64,000 bases of DNA from Camelus ferus (lineage: Eukaryota): assembly GCF_009834535.1 (NCBI RefSeq), contig NC_045697.1, positions 11,906,001 through 11,970,000 of the forward strand. The letters are read 5' to 3'. The notes under the pieces are model-generated. The model had not been told where the DNA came from. It ran no database searches and worked only from the letters and a program-made list of their open reading frames with translations. Of the stretch, positions 30,526-45,743 are shown piece after piece; position 1 is the first letter of the stretch, and every line of letters begins with the position of its first letter. The position numbers were made by a program, and so were the translations under genes.

Positions 30526-31581
30526 ACGTCATGCTTGCCACCGAGAATCGGAAGTGATACAAATGAGAACCCTAAGCGAAACAGCAGTGTCTGGCACGGC
30601 TCAGTGGGCACTCAGTACACCCTTCCACGCTCTCCCGAGGAATCAATGTGGGAAAGTGCTAATCACAGGGTGTGTCCTCTGCTCTGCCAAGATTAAGTGG
30701 TAACATCATCTAATCCCTTGGACAGGGAGGCAGATAGGACTTTTGGGTCACCTCCAGCTCATTTCCTGCAATGTCTTCCTCAGGTTAAGGTGGCATTCAG
30801 GATACACAAAGTACTTACACTCAAGGGCCCAAGGAACAGTGCGCTCTTAACTCTAGACTGGTATCTATTTTTAGTCCATAAACACTAGGTTTTGGGCTTC
30901 TTTAAGGTTTTCCCTTCCTCTAATCCACATGGCTTAATTTGTATAATTTATATCCTCAGTTTGTAGAAATGACCATAAGTTTTAAAAAGAAAAAAAAAGG
31001 TGGAAACAATTTATTAATTTTCCCAAATGGATCCATGCCCATGATTAAAGCTGAAATGGAATTTCTACACTGAGAGTCAGGCTTGGCTGGCAGTTACCAG
31101 GGCAACGTGTAGCTCCGGGAGAGCTATGCTCCTCCCACTGACTGTGGCTCAGGATGGAAAGAGGGTTCAGCTGTGTGCGGACTGGATTTGTGCAAAAAAA
31201 CCCAGTCACTGCTCCTGGGGAGGAAAACGTTTCCCACTCAGTGCAGGCGTGGGAAACCACAGGCTCTGAGTCAGGCTGGCAGGTGTTAATACCAGCTCTA
31301 CCACTCACTGCCTGTGAGCAGATGCATAAAATCTCTGAGCCTCAGTTTTCTCATCTCTGAAATGGGACTGTGAACACTCATTTTGTAATACTGTTGGGAG
31401 GACTGAATGTGTTTATAATAATACAGTGCTTTATGAAGTAGAGCAGGCACTAAATAATATTATCACACATGATGTCATCCAGTGCACATGGTAACTAGTC
31501 ATAGCCACCGTTTATCAAACTCCTACATGGTGAGCACTGAACTAAAAGTTTATATATAAAACCATATTTAACTTACATAAC

Positions 31582-32229
31582 TGAGACAGGAGGGAAGGGG
31601 CAGGGCACAGCTATTACAGGAATGACTCAGCAATTAGCACCAAGATGGTGGAAGTCAACTCCCAACAGACCTTGAGGCCTAAGACAGCGGGAGATTTGAC
31701 TCCCAGTAGACCTTGAGCTTCATTATACACTCATTGCAATATATTAGCATGTCAAATGGCACTCCCACAGGCACCATGGCAGTTCTGAGGCTGTCATAAA
31801 AGGTCAAAAAGTGGGTGGTGGTTCAACTCCTGGGAAAGCCAGCCCCTTCCCCAACAGAGTTGGAGTAATCCTCCCACTTGTTCGCCTATGAAGCTACCAA
31901 GCCCATAAAAACTAGCAACCTCTGACACCTCACAGTCACTCTCCCTTCTGAGTGAGATGGACCACACCCTGTCTATGGAGTGTGTATCTACTTTTACTTT
32001 AAACTAAACACCCCCACACCTTGTGGCCTCTCTGGCCTTCTGAGACGGCCTATGCTCAGTCTATGGAGTGTGCATCTCCCTGAATAAATCTACCTTTACA
32101 CAACTTGTGGCTCACTCTTGATTTCTTTCCTGCACGAAGCCAAGGACCCTCACTTGGTGGGGCGTGTCCCAGGGACTCATCTGAGACCTGTGACATAGCC
32201 ATCCTCTCACGCCCCCGTTTCCTGTATCA
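31582..32229 (+). mobile_element. Solo ERV LTR (ERV1-like, 648 bp) with 4-bp TSD
   Basis: Termini TGAGACAGGA...TCCTGTATCA (9/10 inverted match). TSD taac at 31578-31581 and 32230-32233. TATA-like cataaaa at ~31903 and AATAAA at 32083. Confidence 0.88.
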
Positions 32230-33266
32230 TAACAAGCCCTCGAGTATTTATCTTTATTTTCAACATCAGGTTTCAGAGAGGTTAAGTGACCTGTCCGTGG
32301 TCACAAAGCCAGTGAAAGAGTCAGGACTTGGACCCAGGACTAGTCTGGGTCTTTCATGAGTTCATTTATTTTTCTACCATGTATTTATTAAGTACCTACT
32401 ACTCTTCACCACCACACACTGCATTCCTCTGTGATAGATTATTATCTTTTTGTGTATATCTTTTTGAGTGAAAACTCAAAGCTGTTAATGTAAGTTCTTG
32501 AATTAGAAAGAGGCCTTCTTGTAATAATTAAAGCACCACCTATGCTCACAGTAATAGTGATTTATTTCACTCTTTTCCTAAAACATCCATATGCCTGTGC
32601 TGTTTTCCTCAGCAAACAGGAGAGCTGAGGCTTTGCGTCTCTTCTCAGCAGAAAGCACCCCCTTTGGTGGGAAGTCGAACAGCACACAGAGGCTGAGAAC
32701 CTCCACTCCCACCGCCCGCCCGCTGATTAATTAATTACCTGCGGCTATGGTGTCTGTCCCGCCCCAGGCACTACCTTACGCTTTGTCTTTTCACACGGAT
32801 CACCTGGCTTAATCCTCGCAGCTCCTCTGTGAAGTGCTAGTATCACCATCTGTTTCATAAGTGAGGAGGCTGGGGCCCGCGCAGCCTCCCTGTGAGGAGC
32901 CCAGGTTCCGGAACTTGCTGTGGTCACAAAGCTAGAGGGTGGCAGGGCTGGGGTTTGAATCCAGGCAGTCTGCCAGGCCTGAGGGTTTGCTTCATGTTAT
33001 TTCCCTCTGTTTTTGCCGAGGAAAGGATTTGAATTCCCCTAAGTTAAGCGCTCATATGACAATGCTACTCCAGGTTAATGACTCTAGGCCCTATTGTCTT
33101 GGGCTGAGGGTTGCCCCCTCTCCTCCAAGAGACCCTAAACTCTCTCTGGTCAAAGAACTAGCTGAGATCTGTACAGGGCAGGAGGTCGGTCAATGTACGA
33201 GGCAGGAAAGAAGAAACAAAAGAGGAAAGGTGGGAGGCAGAGGAAAGGCAAAACAAATGTCAGTCA

Positions 33267-33503
<237 letters not shown>

Positions 33504-34032
33504 CTATAAAAAGAGAGAGGGCTCGTAAAATCACCCGGGTGGGGCGAGGAGCCAGGAGTCACCATTTCTCTTTTGTGTAACTTCTACGATGTTGATACAC
33601 TAATTTTAAAGCATGTATCACAAGGTATAATGAAGTTTATCAAACTACATGTTTGATATTTGTAAGAGACTTCACTTTATCCACCATTAGAGAAGGGCTT
33701 TTTGGAAGAGTGTATCTATTGTCATAGGATCAGATGCTCCAGGACCATACTGTGGTGGTTTATAAAGAATGCTTTGTTTTGACTGGGGAACATAAAGCAG
33801 GAATCCTAAACAAGTTTCCAGTTTCCCAGGAGCCGACGATAAGGAATTGGGAGAATTCTGCTACGTTTGTCTCCTAGTTTCAAATGACTACAGTTGGCAG
33901 GCTGTTGACGCATCCACCCCTGAAACTACGGGACCAGCTGCTTCCAAGTGGACCAGTCGTGGTTGTAGACTGGCCTCCTTCCAGCGGAGCCTCCTGTGGC
34001 TTCTCCACCCCCAGGGCTGCGTCAGACACTAC

Positions 34033-34172
34033 CTGTGCATATGTGCCTCCTTTTGTGCACGGACACTCATTGGCAAAGTTCTGATCCTGCTGAGGATGAA
34101 GACTGCGGGCTTCCAAATCATTCTCCTTCCCTAGGGCTTCACTCTCTGAAACTTGCTCCGTTTTCATGTCAT
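34033..34172 (-). CDS. FAM184B: FAM184B exon 4 (140 nt): DDMKTEQVSESEALGKENDLEARSLHPQQDQ...KGGTYAQ
   Basis: Within ORF 33880..34305(-). Acceptor gcttgcag|AT, donor CAG|gtagtg, phase 1/0. Confidence 0.93.
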
Positions 34173-35315
34173 CTGCAAGCACAAGTTTCAACATCATCTG
34201 GAATGCCCTTGGCCTTGGCCTCCTGCCCCAGGCCTCTGCAGTCGGGTCATCATTCTGCTGTTCAGCTGTTTTGCCCACGACTCCCCTATGTAATCCCTGC
34301 TCCATGGCCTTCTGGCCTCAGGCATGGTCAAGGTGGTGATTGGCCCAAGTAGCATCTTCAGTTCAAACAGTTGCCTGCTTTCCCTTCTTAATCTAGTCAT
34401 GGTCACATTTTTTTGATTGTGCTTTCCACAGGGTGTTCCTGGATATATGTACATTGAAAGAGTTTAAATTCAAAGGAATTCAAAGTACAAGACAAAAATA
34501 AATGCAACTAGAACTGCTCAGTTTCTCCCCATATTCCCTGAGTACTCATGCCCTACTTTTGAGACCACTGCTCTAGACTCTCCATAACCTCTGCTTCCAA
34601 CTTGTCCTCCAGATCGTTCCAGCCAGAGGTGATTTATTCTTTCCCAGATACCTCGCTTCCCTGCGTCCTGGGCCGTACCCATGACACCAAAGTGTGCTGT
34701 GGGCTGTAACGTCACTGACCCACAAGCTCCCTGGAAGCAGAGCCCGTTTCGTGCTGTGGTATTATCTCCCGGTGTCAAACTGACCACCCTGTACTCTGTA
34801 TTCAAGAACTTTCTGATGTGGGAGCTTAGTGGAAAGCACTCTGGAGTCACATAATCTTAGATACAAACACCAGCTCTGCCTCCAGACAGTTGGCTGGCCT
34901 TCTTGAGTCAGCCACCTAACCTTTCTCAGCCTCATTTTTTTTTCACCTGTAACACAGGATACTGACAAAATTACTGGGAAGACACAATTACACGACCGTG
35001 TGAATGATGTTAGAGTATAAGGCGTTGTCTAAGTCTGGGGAGAAGCCAGGGCTGAGAAGCTCAGGCCCTTGGTGGACCAGATGGGGGCCATCTGAGGGCC
35101 AGAGATCCTTTTGCAATATGCCTTTTAGATACCTAGCCTGTGGCAGCTCTGGGTGTTGGCTCACCTGTGTCCTGCAGGCACTGGATTCGGCCACCAGGTG
35201 GGGCAGATCAAACAGCCCTGCCCTCCATTCTGATCCCTCAGCAGCCTCAAGGCTGCAAGCAGGGACACGTCAACCTGGTGGCCAACCTCTGATGTGTAAG
35301 GAGATTAGTCATTCA

Positions 35316-35462
<147 letters not shown>

Positions 35463-36113
35463 CTAAACAGACAGAAAGAGCTTCATTTCTCTGATTACGG
35501 TTCTGTGGAGAGACATCCTATGCACACAGAATCTACATCAGATCTGAAAACTGGGTCAGTGCACAGTATATGCCCTTAGTCTCTGGAATTCAGTGTCTCA
35601 GGGTTCATCAAATCCCTACTCATCCTCTGATTGGCTGTGTGACCTTGGGCAAGTTATTTAACCTTTCTGTAGAGGATTAAATGAGATAAAGTATCTGGGG
35701 CAGAAAAAATGCTCAGGGGGTAGGAGGAATATTAGATGCTGCTACTTTTAGAGATGGGCTCTGTGAGTCTGCGGGGCTCACATAACTGACTTGTCAACGG
35801 TCTGGCTTTCCACAAAGTCCCAAGGATTTTAGGACGAGCAAGTTCTTAGGAGTGAGTGGGGCCTTTAGAATTCAGATGACCTGAGTTCAAAATCTTTTAG
35901 CCATGTGCCCGGCTGGGCCAGTCCTTAAGCATCTCAATTTCAGTTTTATCCTCTCATTTGTAAATTCTAAGTCTCACAGCTCTCTGAGGGCAGCGGTCAA
36001 GTCCAGCTAGGTGTCTCTTGCCCACAGCCCTGGCCTGGCACATAGTAGGTGTCCCACAGATACTTGCTGAGTGAATGTAGTTGAACTCAGTGGTGATAAT
36101 AATGCTCACTCTA

Positions 36114-37070
<957 letters not shown>

Positions 37071-37329
37071 TCAGGCTGACCCCCACGAGCCGCACCTGAG
37101 AAGAGGATTTGTGTGGAAGTGATTTATCAGCACCTGTCCCCAGGAGAAACCTGTAAGGGTGCAGGGAAGTGAGACAGGGAAGTGATGGAAGCAAAGCGAG
37201 CGTGACACTGCCTGAAGGCCCACAGACGGTGTCTGCGGGAGTGCTGTGGGCACCAGCGAAGGGTTTAAACACCTGGGACACAAAAAGAACCCCTTGAAAA
37301 CAAAACACAACAAAGCACTAGAAGACAGA

Positions 37330-37645
37330 ACTCAGCAGTACATAAAAAGGATTATACACCCTGACCAAGTGGGATTTATGCCAGGAATGCAAAGTTGACT
37401 TAGTATCTGAAGATCAGTTAATGTCATGCAGCACATGAACAGCAAAAGCCACACGACTGTCTCAATAGACACAGGAAAACACTTGACAAAATCCAATACA
37501 TCTTCCTGACAGATACACGCACCAAACTAGAAACAGAAGGGACCCTCCTCCTCCTGATAAAGCCCATCTGTGAAAACCCCACTGCTCACGTTGCACTCCA
37601 CGGTGAAAGACGGACCGTTCTCCGAAACTTCAGGAACAAGACAGG
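37330..37645 (+). mobile_element. L1 ORF2 reverse-transcriptase fragment (pseudogenised)
   Basis: Translates to QQYIKRIIHPDQVGFMPGMQ, followed by stops; the DQVGF motif is typical of L1 RT. Confidence 0.85.
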
Positions 37646-37689
37646 ACCACGTGGTGGCTGTGTGGACAGGAGAAGACAGGCGGGCAGGA

Positions 37690-38690
37690 GGATGGCAGGG
37701 GGCTGAGGCATTGAGAATGACTCCCAGGTTCCTGGCCTGAGCAACTGGCAGATGTTTACTGAGTGAGAAAGACTGCACAGAGCAGGAGTGGGCAAGAAAA
37801 GCAAGAATTCTGTTTTAGACCAAGCAAATCTGATATGTCTCTAGACGGCCCCAAGGCAAACAGGGAAATGTCTGTTGTTCAGAGGAAGGAATCTGAGCTG
37901 GAGATGAAGGGCGCGCAGAATCAGGGTAGCTTCGTTGTTGGCCTGAGATTCCACAGCACATCTGCCCGACCATGGAAACGACCCCATGGAGAACGTGGAG
38001 GGGGAGCCCCAGGAATGTGAACAGAGAGTGAAAGCCAGAGTCCCCAAGAAGGTAGCACACGTTGGTTGGTTTTGCGAGCATGTCCTCATGGGAGGAGGAG
38101 GAAAGGGTTGGGTGGAACCGGTGAGTGGGACTTTGGAGAACGATGGGGCTGTCACCTTGGAGAGGTGACAAGTGGCTTCTCCCTTCTCAGCGAGGCAGGA
38201 GGTGATGTCAGGAACTGACAGTGGGCTGAACTGGAGGACAGAGAAGGTGTGAACTCGCTTTTAGGGAGGGGAAAGTGGACTGTCCAGCTTGGGGGGCAGC
38301 GCTGAAAGCCATCTTTATGAAATCAGCTCCCTGCTTTGCTCTGTCTGAGATATTCCTCAGCCACATTTGGCTGAGGGAGTCCAGGGAAGGCGAGGAAGGA
38401 TGGTGGGTCATCATGGGCCAGGGTGGGATTTGGTGAGTATGACACAGGGAGAGATGGACGAGGCAGCTGAGGGGTTTTCAGGAGTCGATACGCTGGTAGG
38501 AGGGGACAGAGGCAGGTTTTTGGCGATGACAAGGTCAAAGGTGTGGTGAAAGGAGGGTGTGGCTGAGGCGGAGTGGAGGACAAGATCTCTGGAGGCAAGA
38601 AAGTCAAAAGACTCAGAAATCAAGGGGCCAGGTGGGCTCTGACGTGGGTGTTGCCCTCACTGGGAGTATTAGATGACCAGGATGACTAGG
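37690..38690 (-). mobile_element. L2 LINE fragment
   Basis: gaatgactcccaggttcctggcctgagcaactggcagatg...tgttttagac...tgatatgtct, antisense L2-like. Confidence 0.65.
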
Positions 38691-39151
38691 AGTCAGTGCT
38701 GAGCACTCCACTGGCTCCCCTGGGCATTTAAGAGAAGAAACATTCTTCTTAGAAGTCCCCACCACACAGTTCCATACGTACTGATCTTTAACCTTCGTGG
38801 GGTGCTGGTTTTTCCTTGTTCATGAGGCTTGTCTAGTGAACTAAACTGTAATTTCATCATCAGTTTCCTACTGCTTATTAAGACTTCACCCATGGTTTTC
38901 AAACTGTATCCCTGATAGCCCTGAGTCCCTTGGTAAGACTGAGGGCCATTGCAGGGAGCCTGGTGGGGAAACAGCAGGTGTCTCTTTGACCAGAGAAGAC
39001 CTGTTCTTACACTGGGGCTTCCCTAATACAGTTTAGAAAAATGTAAAAGGTTTCCATTGCTTTAAAAAAAGTTGAAAATCAGGTGGATTAGGTGATTATA
39101 AAATAGAAGGCCATACAGAAGCATTATATGAGAGGAAGTTTTGGGTAACTG

Positions 39152-39154
<3 letters not shown>

Positions 39155-39188
<34 letters not shown>
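39155..39188. repeat. (TG)17 microsatellite
   Basis: Direct read. Confidence 0.97.
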
Positions 39189-39189
<1 letters not shown>

Positions 39190-42100
39190 TTACAGAATAA
39201 CTGTTGAGAAAGGCAACTAGAGGTGACACATATAATAACAATGGTTTACCTAGAGCCTGCAGAGCTTGGAGGAAGAGTAACTGTATATCCAGGATGCAGC
39301 CTAAGAACTTATTTTTCACTGTCTACGTGTGCCCGAGCTATTGGTCTATTGTCTGTCTCCCTCACTGGAATGGAGGCTCCAAGAGAGAGAGCAGCTTGGT
39401 CTTTGTACCTCATGGCTCATCTCCAGGGCCTGGCTCAAGGTGGACGCTCTAAAGATTTCTTAAACGGATGACTGAGTGAAGGAATCAAGAGCTCTGTCTG
39501 GAAGCACGTAGTTGTAGACGGATGTGAGATGAGCCTGCCATCTTGTGAAGCCTTGAGAGAACAGTGCTCCTTTGAAAATCAGGAATCCAACACTCTCTGA
39601 TGTCAAAGACAAGGGGAGGAAGTCCCTTCACCCTCCCAGAAGACTCCACAATGAAACGAAGCCACTGAGCCCACAGCTCTTCCGTCTCACCACCTGTGCG
39701 CAGGATTCTAGTCGTTTTTCTGGCTTCCAGTGTCATGTATCTAAGAGTACCCCAGAGTATCTGGGGTAAGTGAATGCTGAACGTGCTAACCCCCTGGTTG
39801 TCATTTGTGTTAAAAATAAACACCAATTTTATAGGATTTACTATATGCCTAGCACAGGGCTAGGTGCTGTACACACACTCATAATCTCAGAGAAAACTCA
39901 TGGCAACCCTGCAAAATTGGCACTTTTCTCCCCATTCTAAGTATGAAAAACTGAGGTTCAGAGAAGTTAAGCAACTTCTGCAAAGTCACAAGAGATAAGA
40001 AGACAGGACTAACTGAAGCGCGTGCTCTCAGCACAGCACCGCACAGCGCCTCGCTGTCCCACTCGAGCACCTACTCATTCACGCGTTTACTGAGTATCTC
40101 AGATGTGCCAGGTTCTGTGCTGGGCACTAGGGGACATGCTGGCCCAGGAGACAACTGAAGTTGCAACCACAAAAATATTAGAATTCCGTGGGAGAGTCAG
40201 ACGAGAACATGGTAAGTTTCAGGGTGCAAAGTGCCATGAGAGGCATCCATTACTAGGAAAGCACAGAGGAACGGTCTAATAGAAAAGAAGACTTCCCAGA
40301 AAAAGTGAGCCTTGCCTCCTCATCCTTGGGGGTGACCAGTTCCCTTTTACTTGTCAACCTCTGTGTCGGCAAGAACAACATGACTTTCTTTGTGTTGTCT
40401 CATAGCGCATGGTATAAAGTTGAGACGTCTGAAAACTCCCCATGGGCACACCCTAGACTGAACACAAGATCAGATTCCAGGTGGCGGTAACAGAGAGGGT
40501 CTCACGCTGTGCGCACAGAATGTCTTGGGGCACTTTGTCTCCATTTGTTCATGGTGTCTTGCAATTAAAGTCCCCAAGCCATCCCCACCAAAGGCTGCCC
40601 AAACTGCTCTGGCTTATCAGAACTTTTGGCTTATCAGGGCTGCCAGACCCGTCCTCTCCTTTCTTTTCCTGGAAGGTTACTCCAAGGGTCGTGTGCATTA
40701 CCTGGAAAATATGTTATGTTATGTAGCATATCATATTATACTCATCACCATTTTTTATACACATACACATTCATTTGCACCATGATCTTTTTAAAATTTC
40801 CCAGATATCTTGGAGGTTATGCCATTTCTGTACAATTTTTTTCAAAAGTCAATCAATTTTCCATATTTTTCAGCTTCACTGAGGTATAAATGGCAAATTT
40901 CCTCATTTTTATTTTTGGCTGCTTCATATACCACATCATACAGATGGGCTCTAATTTATTTCTCTGTTCCCTGCTGATAGACATTAAGTTAGTTTCTCTG
41001 TGGAAGATTATTGATGTGTTGACTTCAATGTTATTAAATCAAATTTTCTTTACTCTTTTTTTTCCATTCCTGCTGGTGAACTTGAGGTCTCCTTTTTGCT
41101 TACTAATGTAACTAATGAAATTTCAGAGCTCAGCCTTAAAAAACTCAAGTCTTCATAATTAATAGAGAATCTTAGGAAAGAGATTAAAAAGGTGTCTTCT
41201 CTCTGTGTCATGGGGGGAGAGATGCCATTTTGTGTCATAAAACTAATTTTAAGAGTTTGTAGAACATTAAGAAGCATCAAACCCATTTCCCTGTACAACA
41301 TGGAGATGTGTGTGCACGTTCACAACCGTGACCATGGCCAGGGCGCTCCCAGAACTACTCCATGGGGACATCTTGCCTCCTCTCAAGTCAGTCTCTTCTT
41401 TTTCACTCTCTCCACTTCCTCACTCTCCCAAACTTGCTCTCTGAGCTTGCCCTCTTTCTTCTCCTAGTCCAAGAGTCTCTTTCTATCTTAACATTCCTCC
41501 TTCTCAGCCACAACCAATCATTTTGACTACTTTCTTATTGATATCTTCAAATCCCCTGCCCACCTCATCTTTAGCCTCACATCTTTGGTATTATCAACAT
41601 CAGATCAGCCCACCCACCTCAGCTCTTTTCAAACATCACTAACTGGTACTTAAGATTTCCAACCTCGTCGGTGCTCTCCATGTTGATACCATATACTTGA
41701 GTTGTCTTATAGTAATTCCCATTCCTCTTTCCCATAAGGGCTATTCTGACTCTCTGCCATGTTTCTTAGGGCTACAAGCCTAATTCCTGGCCCACTTCTA
41801 CTCTCCTAGCACATACTATTATCTCCTGTGTTGTGAAGGAGAAACGATGAAGAGCTTGGACTCCAGATGCAACCAAACTCAGCTGGAGTCCTAGCTTCAC
41901 TGACTCTGAGCTGGAGCCATATGGTTCAGTCTGTCCGGAACTCAGTTTCTTAGCAGTAAAATGGGATTAACAACAGCACCTCGTAGGGCTGTACTGATGG
42001 CTGCAGTGCACAGATAGTGCACAGAAATGCCGGATATCCAATAACTATGGAATGAATATTACCTTTTATCAAGAGAAAAAAAGACTTGGACTCTTAACTG

Positions 42101-44669
42101 CAGGCTGGGAAAAAGCTGGAGTATTTGGTAGTTCTTGGTGCAGTGCTGAAGGCAGAAGCAGACTGATGTGGTTAAGCAGAGAATGTGGGATGGGGAGGGG
42201 AGATAAGGGATATGTGCCATTCTTCTCCAAAACCACTGGTGAAGGGAATAGGGACAAGAGGGCAGAGGACTAGAAGGGCAAACAGGAGCAAAATAAGGTG
42301 CGGGTGGGGCACTAGAGGAAGGCACATAAGAATTTAATAGGAAGGAAAAGATGCAAGAGAAATGGTATAAATCAAGATAAATGAATTTTACTTGGAAAAT
42401 TAGGGGAAAGTGTGAGGAATTCCACCTCCTATATAAAGTGTCCTTTAGCTCCTTATAGGTAGTAGAAACTTACCCCATTCATCTGTCCTCCAGTGCATTT
42501 TGAACCACTTGGTTGTTATGGCCCTTTCGTGTCATATTATGGACATTTAGGTGCTAGATGTTGAAATAAACTGTAAGCTTCATAAGAGTAGAGACCTCAG
42601 CTGATGTATTTCATAGTTCCTCATGCACCTAGCATGATGCCTGGCTGGATTCAGACTCACAGTGTGTTTCCAGTTAAGACTGAAGGAGAACTTGGTAAGG
42701 GGTGGTGAGAAATTGAAAGAATAGGAGTCCAGAAGAGAGACCTGTAGGAGCAGAGGCCCTGAAGTGGGACACGCGTGAACCAGACAAGCAAGACAACTCA
42801 AAGGCTTTGGAGTCTGCATTGCCTGGGTGCAGATCCTATCTGCCATCGTGTGGATGCCGGACAATGTCTGGATGTTTGCTAGCTGTGTGACTTTGGGCAC
42901 ACTACATAATCTCCCTGGGCCTCAGTTTCCTCATTTGTACAATGAGGAGAATAAAGTTCCCGCTTTATGAGGTTATTGAAGGATTAATTGAGATACTGCT
43001 ATAAGGCACATAGCATAGCTCACAGGAAGCACCTGATGAGACCCAGCTGTAGCCATTATGGTTGTCCATGGGACAGGTAAGCCTGATGGAGATTTTGGTG
43101 GCAATGGCATGTCTCTTAAGGAAGGCAGTGCAGTACGATGATGGAGCTGAGGTCCTCTGGAGTGAGAGAGAGATCTAGATTTCACTTCCTTGTGCAGAGA
43201 TCACTGGTGTACCCAGTATCTGAACCCTTAACTTTTCCATGGGCACAATGCCACATTTCTCAGCCTCCCTTCCAGCTTGGAGCAGCGAAGTGATCAAGTT
43301 CTGCCTGGCTGGACATAAACAGATGTGTCATTACTTCTTCTGGGATGAGACTCCTATTTCTGAGCAGTCGTTTTGGACCATGAAGTAGACACCACAGGCT
43401 GAGGTTGGCAGAACAATGAGACAGCATCTCTGACCCAGTGGAAGGTCATGCCAGCCCCAGGGAGGATTCCAGCTGGACTGCATTTTAGTTTTCTCTCATT
43501 CATGGACAAACCTAATTCTGTTTGATATATATACTTCTCAACTCTTATCTTTTAAAAATTGCTTAAGTCATTTCACATCTTGAAGCCTCAGTTTCTTGCC
43601 TGTAAAATAGGGATAACCCAGACTTGGAGTTTTTTTGTTTTTGTTTTTGTTTTTTGAGAATCAAATAAGATGACATTGTTTAACAGTCTGGCACATAGCA
43701 GGTAGTCATTATGTTTCTTTCCTCTGTCTTCTCACCCTATGCCCTCAACAAGAAACATCCCTTGTTTTTGGAGACAGTCTGCTGCCCTCCAGCTCGCCCC
43801 ACCCCACTCTCAGCATCTGGAATTGTTCGAGCAGATTCTGAGCATATGCACCCTTCTCCTGGGCCTGGTGTCTCCCAGTCACTTGGCAACCCTCCTCCTG
43901 CCACCTGCTGCTTCCTTCCCCTCACCACCCACTCAACTGAAACATCAAAGCAACGAGCTCAAGTCTCATTTGTGAATCCGCCTCCTCAGGAGGAAGCCGA
44001 CTTCAGAATCCATCAAGGGACATGAATAATTCAGCAGCCAAGATACTGAATGCTGAGCCAGTCACAATGTCTTCCCAAGGGTTTTAGAAATCCACACTAA
44101 TGGTTTGATTTCAGAGAAAATTTCAACAGCGAACCTGTTAAGGTCTTAGAGGTTGAGTACTGTAGGTTTAACAAAGTCACAATTAATGCACTCTGAGCAT
44201 CAGATCCTGAGGAAAGTTTCCATCGAGTCTGGCAGCAGGAGTCAGCAGTGAAATGGAAAAGGATAACAGGAAATAATAATATTTACTGAGTGCCCAGAGG
44301 ATAACATTCTCTGGGCCAGGTAATATACATAATATTTTTCAATTAATCTTCTAACACTTTCTCATGCTTATCCCTATTTTACAGGATGGGGAAACTAACG
44401 GGTTAACTCAACATTTAGGGACAGAGCATGGTTCTTAAAAGGAGGCTTTGGAGCCCACTGGACCTGGGTTCACTTTGCAGCTCTGCCTCTTTCTAGCTGT
44501 GTGACCATGAGGGAGTGTTGAGTCTCTCTGATTCTCCATCAGCTCATCTATGACATGGGGGGAGACATGCAAGCCCATCAGTACATTTGGCGGTATCTGA
44601 GGTGCTTTGCTAGACATCTGCTAGAGAAAGGCACAGGGGCGGCAATGATCACATTGCTCCAGTAATTCT

Positions 44670-45694
44670 CCCCCTTCCTTCCTGCATCACCACAGTGGAT
44701 CACTCCCATCAGCGTTCCAATGTGCTATAATTTTTACCAGTAACAAAAAAATCTTTCTTTTAATCCCACATCCCCCATTTTCTGCATCTCTTTATAGCAA
44801 ACTCCTCAAATACTTTGTTTATACGCACTGTCACTAATTCCTCTCCTCCCTTTCTCTCCTAAACCTTCTCCAGTCAGGCTTTCCACCTGACTAATCCACC
44901 AAAACAGCTCATCACAGTTTCACTTATCACTGTTGCTAGAACAACAGCCAGTTCTCACTCTTCATCTGTGCAACTTTTCAGCAGCATTTCACGTAAGAAA
45001 TCACTTCTGCTGCCTTGAAACGATGTCTTCACTTGGCTTCCAGGATACAATCAGATGAGAGGGACCCTTCTACTGACCACTGACCTCTCCCTCTCATCTG
45101 ATTGGCTAGTTCTTCCTCATTGCCCATCCTTCAAATAACTGCGCCCCAGAGCTTAGACCTCAGACTGTTTCTCTTCTCTAGAAACATTTTCTTGGGATCT
45201 CATCCAGTCTTACAATTTTAAGCACACTTTATTTGTTAATGTCTCCCAAATTTATATGTCCAGGCTGGACGTGTCACCTGAATAGTAGACTCATACCCTG
45301 TTGCTTACCAATATCTCCAATTAAATATCTAACATACATCTCAAATTAATTCTGTATTTTTCCTTCAAAACCTACTCTTCCCACAATATTCCCCATTTCA
45401 CTTCATGGCAACTCCCTTTTTCCAGTTGCATAGGTCAAATTTTGGAGTCTATCAACAAGCACGTGAAAGGATGCTCAACCTCCTGGGCATATACCTGGAG
45501 GAAACTCTAATTTAAAAAGATACACACACCCCAATGTTCACAGCAGCACTATTTGCAGTAACCAAGACATAGAAGCAACCTAAATGTCCATCAAAAGATG
45601 ACTGGATAAAGAAGATGTGGTATATGCATACCAAGTGAAGTAAGCCAGAAAGAAAAAGAAAAATACCCTATGATACCACTTACATGTGGAATCT

Positions 45695-45743
<49 letters not shown>

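Noticed and set aside
37330..37645. Reverse-transcriptase-like peptide as a possible functional or novel RT
   Set aside because: Short, stop-interrupted L1 ORF2 remnant.
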